A stretch of 61,010 bases of DNA, filler included, from Deltaproteobacteria bacterium (lineage in GTDB: Bacteria > CG2-30-53-67), in NCBI GenBank assembly GCA_013151235.1. It is 4 parts of 4 records of this genome, joined end to end, with 100 filler letters (N's around TTAATTAATTAA, not from the genome) between each part and the next. Parts side by side here need not be neighbours in the genome. Positions count along the whole stretch, not along the records: positions 1 to 12,481 come from JAADIO010000071.1; positions 12,582 to 35,541 come from JAADIO010000049.1; 2 more parts are not named here. One strand, written 5' to 3'. How positions within the stretch are numbered: the first letter of the stretch is position 1; the number at the start of each line of letters is the position of its first letter. This document shows, one piece after another, positions 9,622 through 18,753 of the stretch. The notes under the pieces were generated by a model. The model worked only from the letters and a program-made list of their open reading frames with translations, was not told where the DNA came from and made no database searches. The position numbers and the translations under genes are program-made.

Positions 9622-10727
9622 TCGGCCACGGCCATCGTCACATTTCCGGATCTCGCCTTGGGGACGACAAGTGAATCCGTGCCCGCCCCCTTCATCGCCG
9701 CCTGCTCGCATACACCCTTGACTCCCAACTCCTTCAACGCCCAAGGCGACGGCCCCGTGCCGTCGGGCATGGCGTTCAGTTCATCCCTCGCATAGTAACG
9801 GACCGGCACACCGATCTCATCTGCAAAATCACGGAGGCCCACCTCATCCGCCTTGGCATCGATCGTGGCGATCCGTCCCACAGAGAGGTTCGAAAGCCCC
9901 CGCTCCCGGAAAAGACGGAGGAAGAATTCCCTGATCTCCGGCGCCCCGGTTCCCCTGTTGCACCCGATCCCGCAGACAAGGTTCTTCGGCCGGAGCAAAA
10001 GGGTCCTGCTGTCCTTCCCGCATTCCGCAATCCTCCGGTTGCTGACAACCACCCGGGCAGTGCAGTCCGAGGCGAAGAGCTCGGCAAGGTTCTCAAAGGG
10101 GATCCAGGGCCCGGACGCATCACGGATCCACCCGGGCCGCCCGCTGAATATCCCGACCCGGTCCCCGTTGACAAGGGCGGCGTTGATCCCGCGGACCGTC
10201 CCGGGATTTTCGATCACCAGGCCCATCTCTCCGGCCCACACCTCGGCGGCCGGCAATCCCGAAAGATCGGTCGCCGTCGTAATCACCGGATCGGCTCCGG
10301 TCGCCTTCGCCACCTTCAGGGTCAGGGCATTGGCGCCTCCCATGTGACCTGAAAGGAGGCTGATCACATGCCTCCCCTTTTCATCCATCACCAGGACCGC
10401 CGGGTCGCAACGCTTATCGGTTATGAGGCCCGAGATCACCCGGACGACAATCCCCGTGGCCATGACAAAGACAAAAGACCTGTACTCCGGCCAGAGCCGT
10501 TCCACCAGTTTCGAGAGGGGGGGATCAAAGGAGATCTCCCCATCCGGTTCCCGGACCAGATCCCGGGGCGTATAGACGGTGCACTCCGGCAGGAGCCCCG
10601 AAAGTCTCCGGGCCAGGTCCCGGCCGTTTCTCGTGACGGAGATGAGGGCAATCTTATTGTTCTTCGTCAGATTCTTCATGGCAAGATTGATGGTGTCGTA
10701 AAAAGTCGTTTTCCGGATTCCGTTCAT
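9597..10727 (-). CDS. cbiG: Cobalt-precorrin-5A hydrolase
   Basis: MATGIVVR, DPAVLVMDE.G..VISLLSGH.GGAN, GIGCNRG, GVCEQAA. Confidence 0.95.
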   Translation of the reverse strand: MNGIRKTTFYDTINLAMKNLTKNNKIALISVTRNGRDLARRLSGLLPECTVYTPRDLVREPDGEISFDPPLSKLVERLWPEYRSFVFVMATGIVVRVISGLITDKRCDPAVLVMDEKGRHVISLLSGHMGGANALTLKVAKATGADPVITTATDLSGLPAAEVWAGEMGLVIENPGTVRGINAALVNGDRVGIFSGRPGWIRDASGPWIPFENLAELFASDCTARVVVSNRRIAECGKDSRTLLLRPKNLVCGIGCNRGTGAPEIREFFLRLFRERGLSNLSVGRIATIDAKADEVGLRDFADEIGVPVRYYARDELNAMPDGTGPSPWALKELGVKGVCEQAAMKGAGTDSLVVPKARSGNVTMAVAEGAGLSLS

Positions 10728-11521
10728 GAATCTTCATCTTTCCCCCTCCGATACCCGTGCGAGAAATGCCTGTCGTAGAGCTTCGACCTTGGAAAACGGT
10801 CGATCGTCTTCAGCACCGGGTCGAGGACATCCCCCACGACAATCAGGGCCTGACGGTCGATTTCGGCCTCACGAACCTGCGCCGCAATCGTATCGAGCCT
10901 CCCTTCGAGAATCTTTTCATCGGGCCAGCCCGCACGATAGACCACGGCACAGGGGGTATCGCGGCGGTATGCCTCCTGAAGATCGGCAACAACCTTTTCG
11001 ATCATACCAATACTGAGGAAGATCACCATCGTCGCGTTGTGACCGGCCAGGAGGGAGAGACGCTCTTTCTCCGGCACCGGCGTCCGCCCTTCCCGGCGGG
11101 TCAGGATCACCGTCTGGGAAAGGCCGGGGATGGTCAGCTCCTGTCTGAGCGCGGCGGCCGCCGCCGAAGCCGCACTCACACCCGGCACGACCTCAAAAGG
11201 AATCTCATAACGATCGAGTTCCACCATCTGCTCGAAGATGGCGCCGTAGAACGCGGGGTCGCCCGTATGGAGGCGGGCCACCATCTTCCCCTCCGCAACG
11301 GCCGTCACCATCAGGTGCACGATCTCATCAAGATCCATCTTTGCCGTGTCGTGAATCTCAGCACCTTCCTTCGCCCGGTCCAAAACCACGGGATTGACGA
11401 GAGAACCGGCATAGAGGATCAGATCGGCCCCGGAGATGATCCTTGCCCCCTTCAGGGTCATCAGCTCCGGATCGCCGGGGCCGGCTCCAATGAAATAAAC
11501 ACGCGACATACTGCCTCTCAT
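10724..11521 (-). CDS. cbiF: Precorrin-4 C11-methyltransferase (CobM/CbiF)
   Basis: GAGPGDPELMTLKG, YAGSLV, RLHTGDP..YGAI.EQ, SKLYD. Confidence 0.95.
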   Translation of the reverse strand: MRGSMSRVYFIGAGPGDPELMTLKGARIISGADLILYAGSLVNPVVLDRAKEGAEIHDTAKMDLDEIVHLMVTAVAEGKMVARLHTGDPAFYGAIFEQMVELDRYEIPFEVVPGVSAASAAAAALRQELTIPGLSQTVILTRREGRTPVPEKERLSLLAGHNATMVIFLSIGMIEKVVADLQEAYRRDTPCAVVYRAGWPDEKILEGRLDTIAAQVREAEIDRQALIVVGDVLDPVLKTIDRFPRSKLYDRHFSHGYRRGKDEDS

Positions 11522-12252
11522 ACGGATTTCGTCACGATCAATGTCGAAAGGTAATCAAGATCAGCCCCGTCGACCTCCCGGAGATCACGGTAGATCCGCT
11601 CCCCGGCGGTCCCGCACCGGGTGACGAGAACGGCCCGGTCGAGAATCCCCATCCTGCCGATCACGTCCCTGACCTCATCGAAGACGCGGTTGACCTTCAT
11701 GAAGACCACCGTTTCGAAACGATCCAGCGCCTCTTCGATCTCTCCGGGACGGTAGACCGCCGGAAGGATCATGACCCGCTCGTCCGTCCGGGCGAGGGAA
11801 ACCCCCGCCGCTGCGGCAACGGCCGTTACGGAGGTCACGCCGGGGACAACCTCAGATGCGAGGCCGGAGAACCGTCGGGCCATCTCGTCGAGTATGTAGC
11901 CGAAGGTACTGTAAAGGAGGGGGTCGCCGATGGTAAGGAAGGCAGCGTCCCGGCCCGATTGCAGAACGGCGCCGATCCTCTCCGCCGCCCCGGCCCAGGC
12001 CGGTTCCATGACATCCTTCTCCCGGGCCATCGGGAAATGGAGGAATACCACCTCCTGCCGGCCGGAATCGAGGAGATGCTCCACGACCTTCAGCGCGCGG
12101 CTCCCTCCGCCCGCCCTCGCCTCAGGCGTGAAGATCACCGGCACCCGCCCGACAAGGCGCGCCGCCCTCAACGTCAGGAGTTCCGGATCCCCCGGTCCGA
12201 CGCCGATCCCGTAAAACCTTCCTGTTCCCGGTGTCACATCTTCCTTCTTCAT
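11518..12252 (-). CDS. cbiL: Precorrin-2 C20-methyltransferase (CobI/CbiL)
   Basis: YGIGVGPGDPELLT, FLTIGDPLLYSTF, VFMKV, YLSTLIV. Confidence 0.93.
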   Translation of the reverse strand: MKKEDVTPGTGRFYGIGVGPGDPELLTLRAARLVGRVPVIFTPEARAGGGSRALKVVEHLLDSGRQEVVFLHFPMAREKDVMEPAWAGAAERIGAVLQSGRDAAFLTIGDPLLYSTFGYILDEMARRFSGLASEVVPGVTSVTAVAAAAGVSLARTDERVMILPAVYRPGEIEEALDRFETVVFMKVNRVFDEVRDVIGRMGILDRAVLVTRCGTAGERIYRDLREVDGADLDYLSTLIVTKSV

Positions 12253-12481
12253 CCAGGCCCTCCCCCTGCCCTTCCACTGCTTACAATGAAAACCGTATTT
12301 CCCGCTTCCAGGAGGGTCCGGCCGGCCAGTTCCCTCCCGCGGGCAATCTGCAAAGCGACAACCTCCGGGGAAAATCCGGCCGCGGCAAGACCCTTGCGCG
12401 CATCTTCAAGGCTTTCCAGTGTCACCATGTTCACGACAATCCGCCCGCCCTTCCTGAGCCGCCGCAGGGACGTCCGAAGAA
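12249..12481 (-). CDS. C-terminal fragment of precorrin-6Y methyltransferase/decarboxylase (CbiT/CbiET), cut by contig end
   Basis: ...LRKGGRIVVNMVTLESL...AGNTVFIVS; directly upstream of cbiL. Confidence 0.75.
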
Positions 12482-12581
12482 NNNNNNNNNNNNNNNNNNN
12501 NNNNNNNNNNNNNNNNNNNNNNNNNTTAATTAATTAANNNNNNNNNNNNNNNNNNNNNNNNNNNNNNNNNNNNNNNNNNNN
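12482..12581. other. Artificial contig linker (N-run/TTAATTAATTAA/N-run)
   Basis: Stop-codon spacer flanked by Ns; the same structure occurs three times. Confidence 0.99.
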
Positions 12582-13082
12582 AGCGTCCGGCCGACTTCGG
12601 ACCGTGCCAAGGAGACCCTCTTCAATATTTTCGGAGACCGGGTGCGAGGGGGCGTTTTTCTCGATCTCTTTTCCGGGTCGGGAAGTATCGGTCTGGAAGC
12701 GGCCAGCCGGGGGGCCTCCGAGGTGGTCCTGGTGGAGAAAGACCCGGCGACCTTTGCCCTGCTTTGTGAGAATCTGGCACGCTGCGGACTTGATGATCGG
12801 GTGACGGCTCTCCGGTTGGACGGGGCGGAAAGCCTTGATCTCTTTCGGGAGCAGGGCAGATCCTTTGATGTGATCTTCCTCGATCCGCCGTACAGGGACC
12901 CGGAGGCTTACGGTTTGATTTCGCTGCTTGATCGGGAAGGCCTGCTCGCCGCAGAAGGAGTATTGGTGGCGGAACACGACCGCAGGCGTCTCCTGCCGGA
13001 ACAGGAGGGTTCTTTGGTGCGGGTACGTCAAAAGAGGGTTGGGGATACGATCTTTTCATTTTACCGGAAGGCGGGGAAATGA
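12582..13082 (+). CDS. rsmD: 16S rRNA m2G966 methyltransferase (5' truncated)
   Basis: RPTSDRAKETLFN, LDLFSGSGSIGLEAASRGA, DPPY; precedes coaD. Confidence 0.93.
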   Translation, partial: SVRPTSDRAKETLFNIFGDRVRGGVFLDLFSGSGSIGLEAASRGASEVVLVEKDPATFALLCENLARCGLDDRVTALRLDGAESLDLFREQGRSFDVIFLDPPYRDPEAYGLISLLDREGLLAAEGVLVAEHDRRRLLPEQEGSLVRVRQKRVGDTIFSFYRKAGK

Positions 13083-13576
13083 CCAAAGGGAAGAGGAGAG
13101 AGAAAATCGCCGTCTATCCCGGCACCTTCGACCCGATCACCAACGGTCATGTCGATCTCATCGAACGGGGGCTCCGCATCTTCGACCGGATCATCATTGC
13201 GGTGGCGCCCAGTGAGAACAAGGCGCCTTTTTTTGCGCTGAACGAACGGGTGGAGATGATCCGGGAGGTTCTGACAGGCCGTTCCGATGTGGAGATCGAT
13301 ATCCTGCAGGGGCTGCTGGTAGAGTATGTCCGAGAGAAGAAGGCGGTCGCCGTGATTCGCGGCCTGCGGGCGGTCTCCGATTTTGAATATGAATTTCAGT
13401 TGTCCCTGATGAACCGGAAGATGGATGCCGATTTTGAAGCGGTCTTTTTGATGCCGAGCGCCCGGTATACGTATCTGAGTTCCAGTATCATCAAGGAGGT
13501 GGCTCAACTCGGTGGATCCCTCAAGGATATGGTCCCCGAAGCAGTGGAACGAAAATTGAAACGGAAAAGGAAATAG
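13079..13576 (+). CDS. coaD: Phosphopantetheine adenylyltransferase
   Basis: YPGTFDPITNGH, RGLRAVSDFEYE, SSSIIKE. Confidence 0.98.
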   Translation: MTKGKRREKIAVYPGTFDPITNGHVDLIERGLRIFDRIIIAVAPSENKAPFFALNERVEMIREVLTGRSDVEIDILQGLLVEYVREKKAVAVIRGLRAVSDFEYEFQLSLMNRKMDADFEAVFLMPSARYTYLSSSIIKEVAQLGGSLKDMVPEAVERKLKRKRK

Positions 13577-13653
13577 CTGGCCGGTTTTTGCCGGGCCGGC
13601 TCCCTTCGAAGATCCCGGTAATTCAGCGGATCAAATGTTCAGGAGAGAATCAA

Positions 13654-14850
13654 ATGAAATCTTTAGCCAATCGTGTCGGTTCCGTAAAACCTTCCATTAC
13701 GCTGGCGATCAGCGCCAAGGCCAAGGAATTGCGGGCACAGGGAGTGGATGTGGTCGGTTTCGGTGCCGGTGAGCCCGATTTCGATACGCCGGAAAACATC
13801 AAGGATGCCGCTCGCCGGGCGATTGCCGATGGGTTCACCAAGTACACGCCGGCTTCCGGAACGCTGGAACTGAAAGAGGCGGTCTGTGCGAAGATGAAAA
13901 GGGACAACGGTCTCGATTATGCCCCCTCTCAGGTGATTGTTTCCTGCGGGGCCAAACACTCCCTCTATAATATCGCCCAGACCCTCTTTGAGGCGGGAGA
14001 TGAAGTGATCATTCCAGCGCCCTACTGGGTCTCCTACCCGGACCAGGTGATTTTGCAGGATGCCCGTCCGAAGATCGTCCGGACCCGGGAAGAGGATGGT
14101 TTCCGACTTACTGCGGAGCTTTTGCGTGCGAATATTTCGGACAAGACCAAGGCGGTCATCCTGAACAGTCCCTCCAATCCAACCGGGTGCGGCTATTCCC
14201 TGGATCATCTGAAGGAGATCGCCGAGGTGATCGTAGAGCATGATCTTTATGTAATTTCCGACGAGATCTATGAAAAGCTGGTTTATGATGGTTTTGTCTT
14301 TTGTTCCATTGCCGAGGTCGGTGATGCCGTCCGCGAGCGGACCCTTGTGGTCAACGGGGTTTCTAAATCCCACTCCATGACGGGCTGGCGGATCGGCTGG
14401 ACGGCCGGTCCGGAGAATATCATTCGGGCCATGGGAACCCTTCAGAGTCAGAGCACGTCGAACCCGAATTCCATTGCCCAGAAGGCGGCGGAGGAGGCCT
14501 TGACCGGTCCCCAGGAGGCGGTCTCGATGATGACCGGCGAGTTCGCGAAGCGGAGAAACTATATTGTGGAACGTCTGAACGCCATGGAAGGGGTCTCCTG
14601 CCTTATGCCCGTGGGGGCGTTCTATGTCTTTCCGAGGGTTTCCAAACTTTACGGAAGAAAAGCCGGGAATCATTTGATCCGGTCTTCCCTTGATCTTGCG
14701 GCCTATCTTCTCGATTCCTCCAAGGTGGCCGTGGTCCCCGGTTCCGCTTTCGGAGATGACGACTATATCCGGCTTTCTTACGCGACATCCATGGAAATGA
14801 TCGAAAAAGGGATGGACCGTATCGACAAGTCTTTCCGTAATTTAAAGTGA
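13654..14850 (+). CDS. aspC: Aspartate aminotransferase (class I PLP enzyme)
   Basis: GAGEPDF, NSPSNPTG, SDEIYE, SKSHSMTGWRIG; AGGAG ribosome-binding site before ATG 13654. Confidence 0.88.
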   Translation: MKSLANRVGSVKPSITLAISAKAKELRAQGVDVVGFGAGEPDFDTPENIKDAARRAIADGFTKYTPASGTLELKEAVCAKMKRDNGLDYAPSQVIVSCGAKHSLYNIAQTLFEAGDEVIIPAPYWVSYPDQVILQDARPKIVRTREEDGFRLTAELLRANISDKTKAVILNSPSNPTGCGYSLDHLKEIAEVIVEHDLYVISDEIYEKLVYDGFVFCSIAEVGDAVRERTLVVNGVSKSHSMTGWRIGWTAGPENIIRAMGTLQSQSTSNPNSIAQKAAEEALTGPQEAVSMMTGEFAKRRNYIVERLNAMEGVSCLMPVGAFYVFPRVSKLYGRKAGNHLIRSSLDLAAYLLDSSKVAVVPGSAFGDDDYIRLSYATSMEMIEKGMDRIDKSFRNLK

Positions 14851-15014
14851 TTCCCGTCGTTTTGCTCCCGTTTATCCGTTTATGAGTCCTCCGGCTCCTT
14901 CTTTGCTTTACTCTCTTTAACTTATTATTTTGTGTATATTCACTGTGATTCTGTGTATTTACGAGGGATAAGCCGGATAAAGGCTGAAATAGCCAAAAAT
15001 TTACAATTTTTTTC

Positions 15015-15043
15015 TTGACGGCACGGGAGGCCGGTCCTATAAT
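15015..15043 (+). promoter_or_regulatory. Sigma-70 promoter
   Basis: TTGACG-17 bp-TATAAT with AT-rich upstream sequence. Confidence 0.8.
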
Positions 15044-15202
15044 GAAGTTATACGGAGATAGAAGAACCTCCTCGGATACCCTGTTCGTCAGGACGAGCGG
15101 GAGAGCCGGGTGGGGTTGTTGAATTATTCAGGATGAAATCGGATCGATCCGGGAGGTGATGCCGGGAAGAAACTTGTAACAGACATCGATATTTGACGGT
15201 AA

Positions 15203-15289
15203 ATTTACCGACAAAGGCAAACCATCCGCGAGGGTGAGGCGCAAAGCTACCTGCCTGGTATCCAGGTCGAGGGGCTACCGAAGTAAGTT
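15203..15289 (+). ncRNA. c-di-GMP-I (GEMM-I) riboswitch
   Basis: AAAGGCAAACCATCCGCGAGGGTGAGGCGCAAAGC...GGCTACCGAA matches GEMM architecture; G at the position-20 equivalent indicates c-di-GMP rather than cGAMP. Confidence 0.88.
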
Positions 15290-15322
15290 CTTGCAATAAA
15301 TGGTATTGTAAGATCCGGATCA

Positions 15323-15466
15323 GCCGAACCAAGTTTGTTTTTGAGGTTCGGCGTTTTTTTTGCTTGTGGCGAAGCCGAACCTGTTTGCTCTTTGAGGTTC
15401 GGTTATTTTTTTGATGCTTGTGGCGAGGCCGAACCTGTTTGCTTCTTGAGGTTCGGCATTTTTTTT
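15323..15466 (+). terminator. Three tandem terminator-like hairpin + U-tract units (about 52-nt period)
   Basis: GCCGAACC..GGTTCGG(C/T) followed by a T-run, starting at 15323, 15374 and 15428. Confidence 0.75.
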
Positions 15467-15475
15467 GAGGGCATT

Positions 15476-18400
15476 ATGAAAAAACCAGTCACCAAAATAA
15501 AACAGATCGGGTTGTTGTTTCTGGCCTTCTTCCTTTTATCTTTTCTGCTGATTCCATCATTAAATACGGTGCGACACAACGAGGATTCCTCCCTGAATGT
15601 TGATGCCGTAAACCTGGGGCATAAAACTCCGGTCTCTTCCATGAAAGACCGGACCCGAGTCGATTCGTCCCGGAAAGAAGAATCTGTTCCGCCGGCCCCG
15701 GAAACCCTGCAGGTGGATTTGAGGAAGAATCCGGGGGACACGGCTGCGGCGGGTAAACGCCCCAAGGCGAAACCTTATGTCGAGCATGAGATCCTGGTCC
15801 GTTTTGCATCGAAGGTTTCCCCGGCAAAACTGACGGAAATCCTGGCCGATCATGATATGACCGTGGTCCGGATGTTGATGGGGAATCACCTCGCTTTTGT
15901 CCGGCTTCCTGAAACCCGGAGTGTTGCCGAGGCGGAGCGGATCCTGCGGAAGGTGCCGGGGGTCCTTTTCAGCGAACCCAATTATATCGTCCACACCACG
16001 AGCATCCCCGATGATTCCTCCTTTTCCAACCAGTGGGGATTTCAGAACACCGGCGCAGGCGGCGGGACGAATGATGCCGATATCGATGCCGTCGAGGCCT
16101 GGGACAAATCGACCGGTTCCTCTTCTATTGTGGTGGCGGTTGTCGATGAAGGGATCGACTACACCCATCCCGATCTTGCCGGCAATATCTGGACCAACCC
16201 GAACGAGATTCCCGGGAATGGAATCGATGATGACGGAAACGGCTTTATTGATGATGTACACGGCTGGGATTTCAATCACAATGATGCTACGACCTATGAC
16301 GGGGCGAGCGAAGACCGGCACGGGACGGAGGTCGCCGGAGTCATCGGTGCGGTGGGAAACAACGGTGTCGGCGTGGCCGGGGTCTGCTGGAATGTCCGGA
16401 TCATGTCGGTGAAGTTCATCTCCTATGGGAACGGGACCGTGGCCGATGCGATTTCCGCACTCGAATATGCCGCCAAGGAAGGGGCCCGGGTCGTGAATTG
16501 CAGCTGGGGCGGTACTTCCTATTCCGCCGCACTGGAGTCGGCCTTTCGTGATCTGGAAAACGCCGGTGTTTTAGTGGTGACCTCGGCCGGAAACAGCGGA
16601 AAGAATACCGATCTCTCTTCCCACTATCCTTCCAATTATGATCTTCCGAACATTATTTCCGTGGCCGCCACCGACAGAAACGATCTGTTGAGCTCCTTTT
16701 CCAATTACGGGGTGACGACCGTCGATCTCGGAGCACCCGGTTCTTCCATTTATACGACAGCTCCGGGCGGGAACTATGCTTATTTCAGCGGGACTTCGGC
16801 GGCATCCCCTTTCGTGACCGGGGCTGCGGCCCTGGCTCTTTCCGTTTTTCCCAATCTGACCTACCAGGAGTTGAAGGACCAGATCCTGAATCATGTTGAT
16901 CCCATTGCATCCCTGACGGGAAAGACCGTGACCGGCGGCCGTCTGAATGTGAACAATCTGGTCTCAGCGCTTTCGAACGGAGATTCCGATGGGGACGGCA
17001 TGCCCAACGGTTTTGAAAGCCGGTACGGGCTGAATCCTTTGGATGCCTCCGATGCGAATGCGGATGCCGATGGTGACGGGCTCACCAATCTGCAGGAGTA
17101 CCGGGACGGCACCTCTCCTGTGAACAAAGACAGCGATGGGGACGGCCTCTCCGACGGTTTTGAGGTCACTTATCACTTGGATCCGACCGATGCTTCCGAT
17201 GCTTCCAAAGATCTGGATGGAGACGGTCTGTCGAATCTGACGGAATATGAGGCGGGAATGGCGGTTAACAACGTTGATTCCGATCACGACGGGATCGACG
17301 ATTTCACGGAATACGGTCCCCGGCAGTTTGCCTCCGATTCGGACGGTGATGGGATCATCGATGCCCTTGATACCGATTCCGATAATGACGGACGTCCGGA
17401 TGCAGAGGAAGGAACGGGCGACGATGATAACGACGGTATTGCAAATTATGTCGATATGAACGACAGCGACGGGCCCTCCGGCGACCAGGATGGAGACGGT
17501 CTTTCCAATTCGCTGGAGGTTACCTACATGTTCTATCCGAACCGGGTTGATTCGGACAATGACGGGATCGATGACCGGACGGAATTCGGCCCGAACGCAA
17601 CCCCTCTCGATACCGATGGAGACGGGATCTATGATGCCCTGGATACGGATTCCGACAATGACGGCAAAACGGACCTTTCCGAGGGGACCGGTGATTCCGA
17701 CGGGGACGGGGTCCCGAATTACAGGGATAGCGACGACTCCGACGGTCCCGTCGGGGATGCCGACGGCGATGGTCTTTCGAATCAGCTTGAAGCACGGTTC
17801 GGTTTGAACACGAACCTTGCGGACAGCGATGGAGACGGGATCTCCGATGGTGAGGAATTCGGGACGGGTGATCTTCCGCTGGATACCGACGGGGATGGAA
17901 TCATCGACGCCCTTGATACCGATTCCGATAATGATGGCGCCCTTGATATAAACGAAGGGGATCTGGACTCGGACGGCGACGGAATTCCCGACCGGCTCGA
18001 TGCGAATACGGCGACCCTGTTAACGGGGTCCGGCGCCCTCTCGCTGATTCTCGGAAAGGGTGCGCGTCTGAAAGATGTTCTCTTTATCGCCCGGCCCCGG
18101 GCGGAAGCCGACATTCGGAATATCGATTTTCCTTATGGCGGGGTACAGTTCAAGGTAAGCGGGCTTGAGCCCGGTGCCGCTGTGACGATGACCCTGAAGA
18201 CTTCCGCCGTGCTTCCTTCGAATGCCGAATACTGGAAGGAGGATGGAAACGGGAATTATGCCCGGTATGATGCGGTCATTAACGGCAATACCCTGCAGTT
18301 TGTTCTGACCGACGGTGGAACCGGAGATAACGACGGTGTGGCGGATGGTTCCATCAGCGATCCCGGTTACATCGGGATTCCGGTGGCGGCCGAAAGTCCC

Positions 18401-18586
18401 TCCGTTTCCTCCGGCGGAGGCGGCGGAGGCGGTGGGGGCGGCGGAAGCGGTGGGTGCGCTCTCTCCACGCAGCCGGTGCCGCCGGAAAATGGATTGATCG
18501 ATCTTGTTCTTCTCCTGCTGCCGCTCGGTTTTCCAGCAACGCGGCGTCTTAGCGTTTTACTCGGCCACAAGCGGTTCCGGTCCTGA
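15476..18586 (+). CDS. Secreted S8 (subtilisin-family) serine protease with DxDxDG Ca-binding repeats, a choice-of-anchor-U-like domain and a Gly-rich/Cys/TM C-terminal sorting signal
   Basis: Catalytic triad VVDEG, HGTEVAG, SGTSAASP; hydrophobic N-terminus; many DSDGDG repeats; LTDGG.GD.DG..DG.I.DPG; GGGGSGGC..hydrophobic..RR tail. Confidence 0.9.
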   Translation: MKKPVTKIKQIGLLFLAFFLLSFLLIPSLNTVRHNEDSSLNVDAVNLGHKTPVSSMKDRTRVDSSRKEESVPPAPETLQVDLRKNPGDTAAAGKRPKAKPYVEHEILVRFASKVSPAKLTEILADHDMTVVRMLMGNHLAFVRLPETRSVAEAERILRKVPGVLFSEPNYIVHTTSIPDDSSFSNQWGFQNTGAGGGTNDADIDAVEAWDKSTGSSSIVVAVVDEGIDYTHPDLAGNIWTNPNEIPGNGIDDDGNGFIDDVHGWDFNHNDATTYDGASEDRHGTEVAGVIGAVGNNGVGVAGVCWNVRIMSVKFISYGNGTVADAISALEYAAKEGARVVNCSWGGTSYSAALESAFRDLENAGVLVVTSAGNSGKNTDLSSHYPSNYDLPNIISVAATDRNDLLSSFSNYGVTTVDLGAPGSSIYTTAPGGNYAYFSGTSAASPFVTGAAALALSVFPNLTYQELKDQILNHVDPIASLTGKTVTGGRLNVNNLVSALSNGDSDGDGMPNGFESRYGLNPLDASDANADADGDGLTNLQEYRDGTSPVNKDSDGDGLSDGFEVTYHLDPTDASDASKDLDGDGLSNLTEYEAGMAVNNVDSDHDGIDDFTEYGPRQFASDSDGDGIIDALDTDSDNDGRPDAEEGTGDDDNDGIANYVDMNDSDGPSGDQDGDGLSNSLEVTYMFYPNRVDSDNDGIDDRTEFGPNATPLDTDGDGIYDALDTDSDNDGKTDLSEGTGDSDGDGVPNYRDSDDSDGPVGDADGDGLSNQLEARFGLNTNLADSDGDGISDGEEFGTGDLPLDTDGDGIIDALDTDSDNDGALDINEGDLDSDGDGIPDRLDANTATLLTGSGALSLILGKGARLKDVLFIARPRAEADIRNIDFPYGGVQFKVSGLEPGAAVTMTLKTSAVLPSNAEYWKEDGNGNYARYDAVINGNTLQFVLTDGGTGDNDGVADGSISDPGYIGIPVAAESPSVSSGGGGGGGGGGGSGGCALSTQPVPPENGLIDLVLLLLPLGFPATRRLSVLLGHKRFRS

Positions 18587-18603
18587 ACGGAACCCGCCCT
18601 CAG

Positions 18604-18639
18604 AAAAGCCCTGCACCTTTATGGTGTGGGGCTTTTTTT
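18604..18639 (+). terminator. Intrinsic terminator
   Basis: AAAAGCCCTGCACC..GGTGTGGGGC followed by T7. Confidence 0.75.
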
Positions 18640-18692
18640 GCTTGATTTTTCAGAAGCCCTGTGGTATTTTTCGGCAAAATTCAGTTCACTAA

Positions 18693-18724
18693 TAAAAAGT
18701 GGGCTCTTAAGGAGCCCTTTTTTT
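18693..18724 (+). promoter_or_regulatory. rimP leader hairpin
   Basis: AAAAAGTGGGCTC-TTAAG-GAGCCC-T-run upstream of rimP, resembling the conserved rimP leader element. Confidence 0.55.
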
Positions 18725-18753
18725 ATGGTACGGAGGTTAGCTGTTTTAAAGAG

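Noticed and set aside
15335-15475. Repetitive N-terminal extension (ACGEAEPVC.LRFG) of the S8 protease ORF
   Set aside because: It is the translation of the triple hairpin repeat; ATG 15476 has a plausible ribosome-binding site and precedes the signal-like hydrophobic segment.
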